A stretch of 46,975 nt of DNA from the IMG/VR virus record IMGVR_UViG_3300032084_001260, positions 1 through 46,975 of that record. One strand, given 5' to 3'. The notes below the pieces were generated by a model. It had not been told where the DNA came from. It was given only the letters and a program-made list of their open reading frames with translations, and searched no databases. Positions within the stretch are counted from its first letter, which is position 1. Every line of letters starts with the position of its first letter. Shown here piece after piece: positions 1 to 8,497 of this stretch. Made by a program: the position numbers and the translations under genes. This stretch comes from a virus (taxonomy: Duplodnaviria; Caudoviricetes).

Positions 1-2
1 CC

Positions 3-143
3 GAAACTGATGCCTTTACGCCAATACTTTCTGCACCTGTTTGGGCTACTCCACCTACTTCAATTCAAGATGCTATTGATAGATTGGCTTCGTATACCGT
101 TGCTGAAATTACTGCGTTAGGTGGCGCACCTGTAATTCCTTGA
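3..143 (+). CDS. 3' end of a probable structural protein (partial)
   Basis: Read by eye: ...ETDAFTPILSAPVWATPPTSIQDAIDRLASYTVAEITALGGAPVIP*; open from the window edge; GAGGT at the stop precedes the next ATG. Confidence 0.6.
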   Translation, partial: ETDAFTPILSAPVWATPPTSIQDAIDRLASYTVAEITALGGAPVIP

Positions 144-153
144 GGTTATTATT

Positions 154-255
154 ATGAATAAATGGTTAGATGAATGGTTTGATGTTCAGTCAAAAAAACT
201 TGACAAAGCAGAAAAGAAAGAAAGAAAAGATTTAATTACGGGGGAAAAGAAATGA
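154..255 (+). CDS. small hypothetical protein (33 aa)
   Basis: MNKWLDEWFDVQSKKLDKAEKKERKDLITGEKK*; upstream GAGGT; ATGA overlap with the next ORF; not in the ORF track. Confidence 0.55.
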   Translation: MNKWLDEWFDVQSKKLDKAEKKERKDLITGEKK

Positions 256-419
256 AAAGATTAGGTAAAATTATTTATATCCCCCCAGAAAGATGTTATT
301 CCAATGTAAACATTGAAGAAACACCACATGGCTATAAGATATACAGGGATGGCGAAAGCAAACCTTTTATGTCATTACCCTTTAGTTGTGTAAAAGCAGT
401 TGAATACAAGGAAGCGTGA
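252..419 (+). CDS. small hypothetical protein (55 aa)
   Basis: MKRLGKIIYIPPERCYSNVNIEETPHGYKIYRDGESKPFMSLPFSCVKAVEYKEA*; fills the gap between coupled neighbours. Confidence 0.65.
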   Translation: MKRLGKIIYIPPERCYSNVNIEETPHGYKIYRDGESKPFMSLPFSCVKAVEYKEA

Positions 420-423
420 TAAT

Positions 424-708
424 ATGGAAGAGATTATGTATTATGGAACAGGATTAGCGATTGTAGGTGCAGGTCTATACGGTATCTACATGAAATATCT
501 AAAAGATGGAAAACTAACATTAGATGAGGTTATGGATATTGTCGAAGATGTTGAAGACATTGTAGATGATTTAACTGATGCTTATCCATCTTTAGCAGAA
601 TTAAAGAAAATGAAAAAGGCTGAATTAGTAGCACTTTGCGAAAAGTATGGTATTGATACTAAAGGCGTAAAGGCTGAATTAGTTAGCAGACTATCGGAGT
701 TGAAATAA
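424..708 (+). CDS. membrane-anchored SAP/HeH (LEM/Rho-N-like) domain protein
   Basis: N-terminal hydrophobic helix (YYGTGLAIVGAGLYGIY); C-terminal LKKMKKAELVALCEKYGIDTKGVKAELVSRL fits the SAP/HeH pattern; start moved to ATG 424 after GTGAT. Confidence 0.7.
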   Translation: MEEIMYYGTGLAIVGAGLYGIYMKYLKDGKLTLDEVMDIVEDVEDIVDDLTDAYPSLAELKKMKKAELVALCEKYGIDTKGVKAELVSRLSELK

Positions 709-1232
709 TGACATACTATTGTTCGGTTGCAGATGTTGGCCTAAGACTCGGTCTTGATAGCGCACAGCGTAGCCGAGCAAATAATAGAATTACTTCTTGT
801 ATTCGCAGAGCATCAATTAAAATAGACCAATGCTTCTTAGATTACGGTAGAGATGAACCAAGCAAGGCTACTCAAAGTAATACTCTGAATGGTGGTATTA
901 GTGCAGGTGCTACAACAATTACATTAACTGACGCTTCTTCTTTTTCATCAAGTGGTAGTGGTAATGTTGATGGAGATTCTTTTAGTTGGACTTCTAAATC
1001 TTCTAATGATTTACAAGGAGTGACAGGAATATCCTTTGACCATCTAACCGGAGTCACAGTAGAAGAAGGAGAGTTTGCTCATGTCGTTAGAGAAATATGT
1101 GCTGATATAGCAACAGGTATTTATCTTGAAGATGAGGCTACTCATCAGAAGTCTGATGATATGAGAGGCTACAATATGCGTGAAAGAGGATATATGGCTT
1201 TGCAGAGGTTAGCCCATTTAGGTAGTGCTTAA
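708..1232 (+). CDS. head-tail adaptor (SPP1 gp15/HK97 gp6-like) with inserted beta module
   Basis: YCSVADV N-terminus, I..AS..ID helix and C-terminal EICADIA...L..LA pattern; position ahead of tail genes. Confidence 0.7.
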   Translation: MTYYCSVADVGLRLGLDSAQRSRANNRITSCIRRASIKIDQCFLDYGRDEPSKATQSNTLNGGISAGATTITLTDASSFSSSGSGNVDGDSFSWTSKSSNDLQGVTGISFDHLTGVTVEEGEFAHVVREICADIATGIYLEDEATHQKSDDMRGYNMRERGYMALQRLAHLGSA

Positions 1233-1233
1233 T

Positions 1234-1917
1234 ATGGTTCGTTCAACATTAAGAGTCGGCAAAGGTGGGCCAAGAGGCAACATACCTTTTACAGGTCAGC
1301 GTGGTTCATCTAATAACTCTATTCAAATGCAATTTCGTCTTGATTGGGATGAAAGAGATTTGATACAGGCTCTTGATAGATTAGGTTATGATGGCGATAA
1401 GATAATGAAAAATACTCTTAGAGGAGTTATTGAAATGGCTATCAAAGATACTCGCAAACAACTAAAAAGAATGGCAGGGCCACTTTACAATATTAAAGTG
1501 CCAAATAAACCATCTAAGTCAATTCATACAACAATAGGTGATGCTTTAACTCAAGATGATATTCCCGGTTCTTCTTTTATTCGAGTGCATACTGCTTCTG
1601 ACCCTTCACAGGCTGATAAAGGAATAAAAGGTTCTCGTGGTCTAAATATATCAAAGATGTTAGTTCAAGGAATCAAACCTTTCAAATACTCCCCATTTTT
1701 GCCAAAGGTAGTGCAGTCAAGTGCAGGTTGGTATAAGTTCTCTGGAAACGCAAGAGATAACAGTCTTGCTATGCGAAAAACAGGCACACATCCCGGATTC
1801 ACAAGAACATTTGATTACATACTTTATATTGAAACTTTTGTAAGAAAAGACTTTCCTAAATGGAGTAAAGAAGTTGCAGAAGCGGCTGGATTAAAAGCAG
1901 GTTTTGGGGTTGAGTAA
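1234..1917 (+). CDS. neck/tail-completion protein (HK97 gp10-like, putative)
   Basis: Basic protein between adaptor and terminator with a HPG motif near the C-terminus; ATG 1234 follows the upstream stop. Confidence 0.5.
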   Translation: MVRSTLRVGKGGPRGNIPFTGQRGSSNNSIQMQFRLDWDERDLIQALDRLGYDGDKIMKNTLRGVIEMAIKDTRKQLKRMAGPLYNIKVPNKPSKSIHTTIGDALTQDDIPGSSFIRVHTASDPSQADKGIKGSRGLNISKMLVQGIKPFKYSPFLPKVVQSSAGWYKFSGNARDNSLAMRKTGTHPGFTRTFDYILYIETFVRKDFPKWSKEVAEAAGLKAGFGVE

Positions 1918-1918
1918 T

Positions 1919-3007
1919 ATGGGAATCGCAGATAATAGTCATTATTGGACTGCAAGGGTAGGTGGCACAGACCCATCAAGTCCAATAGGAGAATACAATA
2001 ACGCTTGGACTCTTACAGGTCTATCTGGAGATGGTTCTGTAAATGGTGATGCTTGGAGAATAGAAGGCTCTGGTCAGATATGGAGTCAGACAGTAGCAGA
2101 TAGTGAAAACGATTTAACTATAATATGTGCTATGAAATATATATCTAACCCAGATGATGATGAAGTCTTAATGACTCTTGATAATGGTTCTTACAGAGTA
2201 GAGGTAAAAGCAAATGGTTCAAATGACAAAGTAAAGTTAGTTGGTGCTACTACTGCTACTTCTTCTGATTTGGATTTAGGTATGACAGAAGATGATGCTG
2301 TCCCAAGTCTTTTGCGACTTACTCTTGCGAATGATGGAACAGCAAGATTGTATATGCGAGAAATTATTGAAGATGATGATGCACAACAACATTATCTTGA
2401 GGTCACGGCAACTTCTTCTGTATCGCAGACTGCATCATTTGGCAACACTACCGGAACAGTTGATTGGTATGTAGCATACTATACTCCATATGGTGCTTAT
2501 TCCCCAGACGAGATGGATATGTCTGATTGGACTACCAACTCTCTTATTCGCACAGGTCTAAATATTGTTAATGTTCTTAAAGCAAGCAATAGATTCTTAA
2601 TTAAGACTCATGTCACAGAATCAAGTATCTTATATGGCTACGACTTATCTTCACAAGCCATGATAAATAGATTCAGACCTCCGACAATCCATGTCCTTAC
2701 ACAGAAATTAGAATCCCCAGAGTTTTTAGTTCTGGGTGGTCGTAGGACAGACCAAAGATATAATGTAATTATCTATGTCACAACTCGTGGAACAGATTAC
2801 AAAAACGCATACCGTCTTGGTCTATCAATTATGGGAGAGGTCTTTGATGAATTGTATACTAAGACAGGACTTGAAGGTGGAATTGACTCTCTAATATCCT
2901 ATGATGCTGTCCTTGATAGCAAAATAGATGATGATGAAGTTGTCTGCGTTCATACTCTAACACTAACTTATATGAAAAAGATTCGGATGTTCCAAAGAGA
3001 AGTATAA
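1919..3007 (+). CDS. tail terminator-like protein with N-terminal beta-sandwich (LamG-like) domain
   Basis: Directly precedes the tail tube gene; C-terminal ~150 aa show a terminator-like pattern (PPTIHV...YNVIIYV...HTLTLTY); N-terminal ~200 aa beta-rich. Confidence 0.55.
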   Translation: MGIADNSHYWTARVGGTDPSSPIGEYNNAWTLTGLSGDGSVNGDAWRIEGSGQIWSQTVADSENDLTIICAMKYISNPDDDEVLMTLDNGSYRVEVKANGSNDKVKLVGATTATSSDLDLGMTEDDAVPSLLRLTLANDGTARLYMREIIEDDDAQQHYLEVTATSSVSQTASFGNTTGTVDWYVAYYTPYGAYSPDEMDMSDWTTNSLIRTGLNIVNVLKASNRFLIKTHVTESSILYGYDLSSQAMINRFRPPTIHVLTQKLESPEFLVLGGRRTDQRYNVIIYVTTRGTDYKNAYRLGLSIMGEVFDELYTKTGLEGGIDSLISYDAVLDSKIDDDEVVCVHTLTLTYMKKIRMFQREV

Positions 3008-3013
3008 GAAGTC

Positions 3014-3023
3014 TTTATTAGAC
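3014..3023 (+). promoter_or_regulatory. TATA-type promoter for the tail tube gene
   Basis: TTTATTAGAC begins 30 bp upstream of ATG 3044, the same spacing as the minus-strand promoters. Confidence 0.6.
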
Positions 3024-3043
3024 AAACATACAGTGTCTGATAT

Positions 3044-4096
3044 ATGGCATTAAGTAATGTTCATAGGTATTTAGCCATTGGTAAAGAATCCACATATGCT
3101 ACTGCTGTTCCAACAGACGCAGTAGGCGAAGTTGAATCTGAAACTTTTGGTCAGACCTTCGATGTAAATAAAAGAAGCGATATGAATTATTGGAATAGCA
3201 GACAAGCAGTTATGGGCAAGATTTCTTCCTCTGGAGGTTGGTCACAAGTCCTTCAACCTTGTCGCTTTACTATGATGTGTATTCACGGTCTATTTGGAGA
3301 CAACCCTACTGTCTTTGAATCAACAGGCCCAACAACAGGTATAATCGCAGAACCAGCAATTACATCTGTCACCGAATTACCTTCTTACACATTCCGAATT
3401 GGTCGTGACGATGGAGAAGCAATTTTCCCCGGTCAAGTTATGGAATCAATGTCAGTATCTGCTTCCGTTGGAGAATACGCTATGATTTCTTTTGCTACTA
3501 TTGGTTCAACCCAGACAGCAGAAGCAAGCGGTTTAGGAACCGATATTCCAACTTATACAGGAGATGCTCTGCATTTCGCAAAGACTTATGTAAACTTCGA
3601 GGAAGCGGCAACATCATCTGCGTTTTCTTCAATGGTTCAGAGTATTGACTTTGAAATTAAGAATAACCACGATATAGACAATACTTACGCTCTTGGTTCA
3701 AACAGTGTAGCAAGAAAGCCACCTGTGACTACTCGTGAAGTAAGTGGTTCAATTACTTTCCACAAAATGACAGAGACGGGAGACACAGGTCTTGACGATG
3801 CTGTCACTTACGCTGAATTAATGGGTGCTACATCTGCTAATGGTGCGGCAGAAGTTTATCCGGGCAGTAGCACACCTGCACTATCTGTTCTTTTTGAAGA
3901 TAGTGCTACAAACTTTATTAGATTTGATTTCTTTAATTTGCATTATGAAATGCCAGAAACATCAGTAAGTGGTAGAGATTCGCAGACAATGACTGTAAAA
4001 TTCCATGCTCTGTATGATTTAACTGCTACTTCCACTGTAAAGGTTGCTTTTGAAAGCACAGATTCTGCTTTATCTACACTTGACTTGGATGCGTGA
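3044..4096 (+). CDS. major tail tube protein
   Basis: RYLAIGKESTYAT start, LPSYTF, SIDFEIKNN, REVSGSITF motifs typical of phage tail tube proteins; position before chaperones and TMP. Confidence 0.85.
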   Translation: MALSNVHRYLAIGKESTYATAVPTDAVGEVESETFGQTFDVNKRSDMNYWNSRQAVMGKISSSGGWSQVLQPCRFTMMCIHGLFGDNPTVFESTGPTTGIIAEPAITSVTELPSYTFRIGRDDGEAIFPGQVMESMSVSASVGEYAMISFATIGSTQTAEASGLGTDIPTYTGDALHFAKTYVNFEEAATSSAFSSMVQSIDFEIKNNHDIDNTYALGSNSVARKPPVTTREVSGSITFHKMTETGDTGLDDAVTYAELMGATSANGAAEVYPGSSTPALSVLFEDSATNFIRFDFFNLHYEMPETSVSGRDSQTMTVKFHALYDLTATSTVKVAFESTDSALSTLDLDA

Positions 4097-4110
4097 TGGG
4101 AGGTATTTAA

Positions 4111-4308
4111 GTGCCTACTCAAGATTCAGCAAATGTCACCGTTGAAACAATACACGGAACCCATGTATCAATAGGTGGTCTAATTCAGACATTCATAAGG
4201 TCAGTGGATAACGGAACAGAGATATTTAGCATTAATGTGTTCAAACAATCTGTTGGTAATAATTTTACTGCTCTAATAACTTATGAGCAACCGCCAGCCC
4301 CACCGTGA
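4111..4308 (+). CDS. small tail-region protein
   Basis: GGGAGGT RBS before GTG; 65 aa. Confidence 0.6.
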   Translation: MPTQDSANVTVETIHGTHVSIGGLIQTFIRSVDNGTEIFSINVFKQSVGNNFTALITYEQPPAPP

Positions 4309-4386
4309 AGTGATATTCCATGATTAGCAACAGTAGTGTAATTGCTAAATGGAACGAGTCAATGACTTGTATAAAAGTAAAGGAAA

Positions 4387-4746
4387 GTGATAAAAGTGCC
4401 TGTATTAAAGAAAGAGATAGAATTGAATGACGGAAAAAAGATTTGGGTAAGACAAGCCTCTGGTATGGATAAACTTGCGATTGAAAAAATTCAAGCCCAA
4501 ACTTTTAGAAAATTTAGACATTTTGGAACAAACCCCGCAGAGTGGACTCCAGAGCAACATGAAGAATTTAATGATGCTCTGTCAGAAGCAGGTGCAGGTA
4601 TTGATTCCCAAATCCAATCATGGGTTCCAAAGTGTGTAATTGAAGAAAACTTTGATATTAATACTCTTACTTCAGAAGAAGTTAGAGATATACTAAACTT
4701 CGTCAGAGGAGACGACTTGGAGGGTGCAGTCCCTTTGGATTCTTGA
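4387..4746 (+). CDS. tail assembly chaperone (gpG-like); start may be GTG 4396
   Basis: Position between tube and TMP; ends just after slippery heptamer CCCTTTG. Confidence 0.75.
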   Translation: MIKVPVLKKEIELNDGKKIWVRQASGMDKLAIEKIQAQTFRKFRHFGTNPAEWTPEQHEEFNDALSEAGAGIDSQIQSWVPKCVIEENFDINTLTSEEVRDILNFVRGDDLEGAVPLDS

Positions 4747-4787
4747 CCTCCGTTGCGCCTATGCTATGCTCAACATTCAAAGGGGTC
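4731..4787 (+). other. programmed -1 frameshift signal
   Basis: C CCT TTG (4731-4737) in the correct phase, 7-nt spacer, then stem GACCTC...GGGGTC with inner GTTG/CAAC. Confidence 0.75.
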
Positions 4788-5021
4788 TTACCAAGTGATT
4801 TATTTGAAAAGTATGATTGTAAGGGTGGATGGATAAAATTAGATTATGATTTAGAAATAGCACTCGAAATTAGCAGTAGAATAAAAGAGCAATACGATGA
4901 AAAAGATAATAAGATGGATGCTAAAAAAGCAGTAGCAAAAAGAAATCAGAGGAGAGCAGAGTCAGCCACAGTAAAACCAAAAGATATGGGTAATATGCTA
5001 AAAGAATGGGCTGGTGAATAG
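4743..5021 (+). CDS. tail assembly chaperone C-terminal extension (gpT-like), reached by -1 frameshift
   Basis: Lies in the -1 frame of the upstream ORF, has only a TTG start, and ends 2 nt before the TMP. Confidence 0.7.
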   Translation: MTSVAPMLCSTFKGVLPSDLFEKYDCKGGWIKLDYDLEIALEISSRIKEQYDEKDNKMDAKKAVAKRNQRRAESATVKPKDMGNMLKEWAGE

Positions 5022-5023
5022 AT

Positions 5024-8000
5024 ATGGCAAAAGCAGGTGCGGCACGAGTATTCTTCGATGTTATAGGACAATTACAATCGGAGAAGTTGCTTGGTGACAC
5101 ACGAGCCGCTATGGTCGTTCAAGAAGCAATCGTTCTTGATACAATAAGTAGTATTGCCGACACCTTTTCAGAAAGCACATCTTACATAATTGATGCTGTA
5201 AATAGCGTCACATCAGCATTTTTTGAGTTTGAAGAACAGTTAGTAAGAGTTCGTAAGTTCTATAACGCCGGAGAAGGTGAAGTTAAAGCATTCGCAGAAG
5301 CCGCACAAGAAATGGGTCACGCATTCGCATTTACGGGTGCTGAATCTTTGGCGGCGGCGGCAAGAACAGCGCAGTTAAAAGCGGTATTAGGTTCACAACT
5401 TGCGGTTATTGAGGCTACAAGACAAGGTCTATTGATGGCTCAAGTTGGTGAAATGGAAACCGAATTAGGTATGAATCGTTTTATTGCTTTAGCACAACAG
5501 ACTCAATTCCTCATGGGTGGTCTCACCCAAGCCCAATATGATAACTTAACCGCAGAGCAACAGGCTAATATTGTAAGGGAAGCGTCAATACATGCTCTAA
5601 ACCAACTTAACACAATTGAAAACACTTCTGTTGCTACAATGGAAGACATTACATTCGTTCTTAACCAATTCGCAAGTCAAGCGGATATTGCAGGTGAATC
5701 AATTGGTGATATGGCGGCTATGTCTGCTTTGCTACTTGAAACAGGTGAAGAAGTAAGCAGAGCCGGAACAGGTCTGCGTATGATATATCAGAGATTAGGA
5801 AACGCAAATAACGAGGCTACAAAGGCAATCGCAGAATTGATTCCGGGTCTTGACGCTCAAGGTGTAGCGCAACTAAAATTAACTGATGTAATAGAAAGAA
5901 TAACTCCAGCCTATAATGCTATGTCGGCGGAAGAGAAGAGAGCATTAGCGGTAAGTATTGCAGGTTCCCGTCACTATATTAAGTTCCTAAAGATAATGGA
6001 AAATCAACATCGTCTTACACAGATGCAAACTGATGCTTTCAATACTCTTTATCCCGCTATCGAAGAATTTGAAAACAAAACAAAGTCTGCTGTGTTCATA
6101 TCAACCCAGATGGAAGCAAAGATAAACGACATGAAAGTCGCAATAGGAGAAGATTTAGCAGAAGCATATATGACTTCATATAGAGCGCAAGAGACATTCC
6201 TAAAAGGCGCACAAACAGTTCTTGAAATTCCGGGTATGCAACAAGTAGCAGGTAATGTAATAGCGGCTTCAAACGCTTATCAACAATTAATTGCGCCTCT
6301 GGCAGAGTTAGCACTTAGAGTTGTAGGTATTACAGTTGCTTTCAAAGCATATCAAGCATCAAGGCCAGATGCAATTAATAAAACAAGAGTAGAGGCTCTG
6401 GAATACAAAAGATTGTATGACGCAAGAACATTAGAAAATCTTGCGAATGAAAAAGGTATAATGACTACTTATAGAAGTGCTACTGCTCTTAATAGAGAAC
6501 AACAATCTGTTTTAACATCTGCAAGTGCTTTAGTTAGAAAAAGACAAGCAGAAAGAAGGGCTTTAGAAACTAAAATCAAAAATATAAGAGCAAAGAAAGA
6601 AGACGCTTTGCTTGACTTACAAAATGCACAGACAGCCGGAGAATCAGAAAAGGCTTTGAAAAAACTTTCCGGTGCTTTAAGAAGTCAAGGAAATCAACTT
6701 CAAAAGAATATTGCTTTGAGAGGTCAGTCTATGACAAATCAAAGAATTGCTAATCGAGACCTTGTATTTGAAAAGGAAATAAGCGAACAGATTATTGCGA
6801 CTAAAAGCGCAAGACAGATGATAGACCAAAGAAGCATAACAACAATGTTTCAAAATCTTGGTCTACAAGAAAAAATAAATCAATCTCTTACTGCACACTC
6901 AAATGCTATGTCTCAAGAAATAGTATTATCAGCAAATTTAGATGGTGCTACACTTAAAAGATTGACTTCAAGACAAGCAGACTTACTATCCCTTCAAGAA
7001 GAAGCAAGGCATCGTCTAATGGTTCTTCAGACAGAAAGAGCAGAGTTATTGTCAAAGAAAAAATCAACTGTTGCTATTGATGAAAAAATAGCAAAAACAA
7101 GAGAAAACATAATGACTTTAAATCAAGAAAGAGTAGCAGTAAGTCAAGTAATTATTGCAGATGAACAATTTACAGTTGCACAGAAAAAAGCAAGTGCTTC
7201 CACAATGTCCTTTACACAGAGCATGAAGGCTTCTCATGCTACTATGGTGGAAGGAAATATGTATCTAAAAACTACACAGAAGACCTTAATGGGATTCTCT
7301 TTACTTTTCCCTATGATTGTTGATGGTAGCAAACAGATGAGTGCTACTATGTATACTATGAGTCTAATGATGCTAAGTCAAGCAATTCCGGCAATCATTA
7401 AGATGAGCAAGAGCATTAAGTCTATGGGAATGGCTTTGCATATGTCAACCGGAGGTCTTACTGCTATAACAGGCGCACTTGTGACATTAGGTGCTTATCT
7501 TGGCTTTGAATTATTCGATAGTATATTTGGTGATAACTTTAAGAGCGACCTTGATAACTTAGGGGGTCTTAATGATGAATTAGATAGGACTTCTGCGATT
7601 TTAGCAGAATTATCTGGCACATCCGGTAAAGAAGCAGTATTAACAGGAGTCTTTGAGATGTCTTTCAATGACTTAAAGAAAAATGCTGATTTAGCATCTT
7701 CAACTTTACTTGATATTCAAGAAAGGAGATTAAGATTTGAACAAGCGCATGAAGCCGCAGTAAAAAGAGGAGATGTTGCTACTGCTAATGCTTATTCAGA
7801 CCAAATATCAAAGTTATCAATTGTTGAACAAAAAGTAGGTGCTATCGTTGAAGCGCAAGACTTTGTTGCTAATTCCGATTTTGATATGGGTCAACAGATG
7901 TTAGATAGTTTAATTCTTGTTGAAAAAGACCTTACAAAAGAAATTGAAGTTATGGGTCAAAAAATAGCCGATGTTCAGTATGGAAAAGAATATACAGTAG

Positions 8001-8497
8001 GTTATATGACAGAGGAAGGCAGAATAAAAGAAGTTGGTGTATTTGAAGGATATTATGAAGATATGGTAAGTGAAGCGGTAGGTGGAAATGAAGCACTTAA
8101 CGCCGCCGAAGAACTCTATGCTAAAGAAAGACAGAGTATTATGAATGCTTACTTTGCAGAAGGAGATGAATTTACAAAAGAATATTATGAAAGTCTTTTG
8201 AAAGTTGAAGAAGATGGTCAAGATGCTTTAGTAGATTCTCATAAACAATTTTATGATATTTTGACCCAACAACAAAATGAGTTTGCGAATGCAAGAGAAG
8301 AATTATTCTTTGGAGAGAGGTCAAACTTCACAGGTGCTATTTACAAACAAATCACACAAGGCGGAGTAGAAAGCCTTTTGCATAAAGTAGAGTTGATACA
8401 GACTAACAACTTTAATGGAATGACATTACCAGAGATGGTTGAGCAAGTGACAAGAGGAGTGACAGAAGAGTTAAGAGCGCAAGGTGTTCCAATATGA
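5024..8497 (+). CDS. tail tape measure protein (TP901-like core)
   Basis: 1157 aa, helical and Ala-rich; FEEQLVRVRK, AGTGLRMI, ALAVSIAG core motifs; hydrophobic segments around aa 760-830. Confidence 0.92.
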   Translation: MAKAGAARVFFDVIGQLQSEKLLGDTRAAMVVQEAIVLDTISSIADTFSESTSYIIDAVNSVTSAFFEFEEQLVRVRKFYNAGEGEVKAFAEAAQEMGHAFAFTGAESLAAAARTAQLKAVLGSQLAVIEATRQGLLMAQVGEMETELGMNRFIALAQQTQFLMGGLTQAQYDNLTAEQQANIVREASIHALNQLNTIENTSVATMEDITFVLNQFASQADIAGESIGDMAAMSALLLETGEEVSRAGTGLRMIYQRLGNANNEATKAIAELIPGLDAQGVAQLKLTDVIERITPAYNAMSAEEKRALAVSIAGSRHYIKFLKIMENQHRLTQMQTDAFNTLYPAIEEFENKTKSAVFISTQMEAKINDMKVAIGEDLAEAYMTSYRAQETFLKGAQTVLEIPGMQQVAGNVIAASNAYQQLIAPLAELALRVVGITVAFKAYQASRPDAINKTRVEALEYKRLYDARTLENLANEKGIMTTYRSATALNREQQSVLTSASALVRKRQAERRALETKIKNIRAKKEDALLDLQNAQTAGESEKALKKLSGALRSQGNQLQKNIALRGQSMTNQRIANRDLVFEKEISEQIIATKSARQMIDQRSITTMFQNLGLQEKINQSLTAHSNAMSQEIVLSANLDGATLKRLTSRQADLLSLQEEARHRLMVLQTERAELLSKKKSTVAIDEKIAKTRENIMTLNQERVAVSQVIIADEQFTVAQKKASASTMSFTQSMKASHATMVEGNMYLKTTQKTLMGFSLLFPMIVDGSKQMSATMYTMSLMMLSQAIPAIIKMSKSIKSMGMALHMSTGGLTAITGALVTLGAYLGFELFDSIFGDNFKSDLDNLGGLNDELDRTSAILAELSGTSGKEAVLTGVFEMSFNDLKKNADLASSTLLDIQERRLRFEQAHEAAVKRGDVATANAYSDQISKLSIVEQKVGAIVEAQDFVANSDFDMGQQMLDSLILVEKDLTKEIEVMGQKIADVQYGKEYTVGYMTEEGRIKEVGVFEGYYEDMVSEAVGGNEALNAAEELYAKERQSIMNAYFAEGDEFTKEYYESLLKVEEDGQDALVDSHKQFYDILTQQQNEFANAREELFFGERSNFTGAIYKQITQGGVESLLHKVELIQTNNFNGMTLPEMVEQVTRGVTEELRAQGVPI

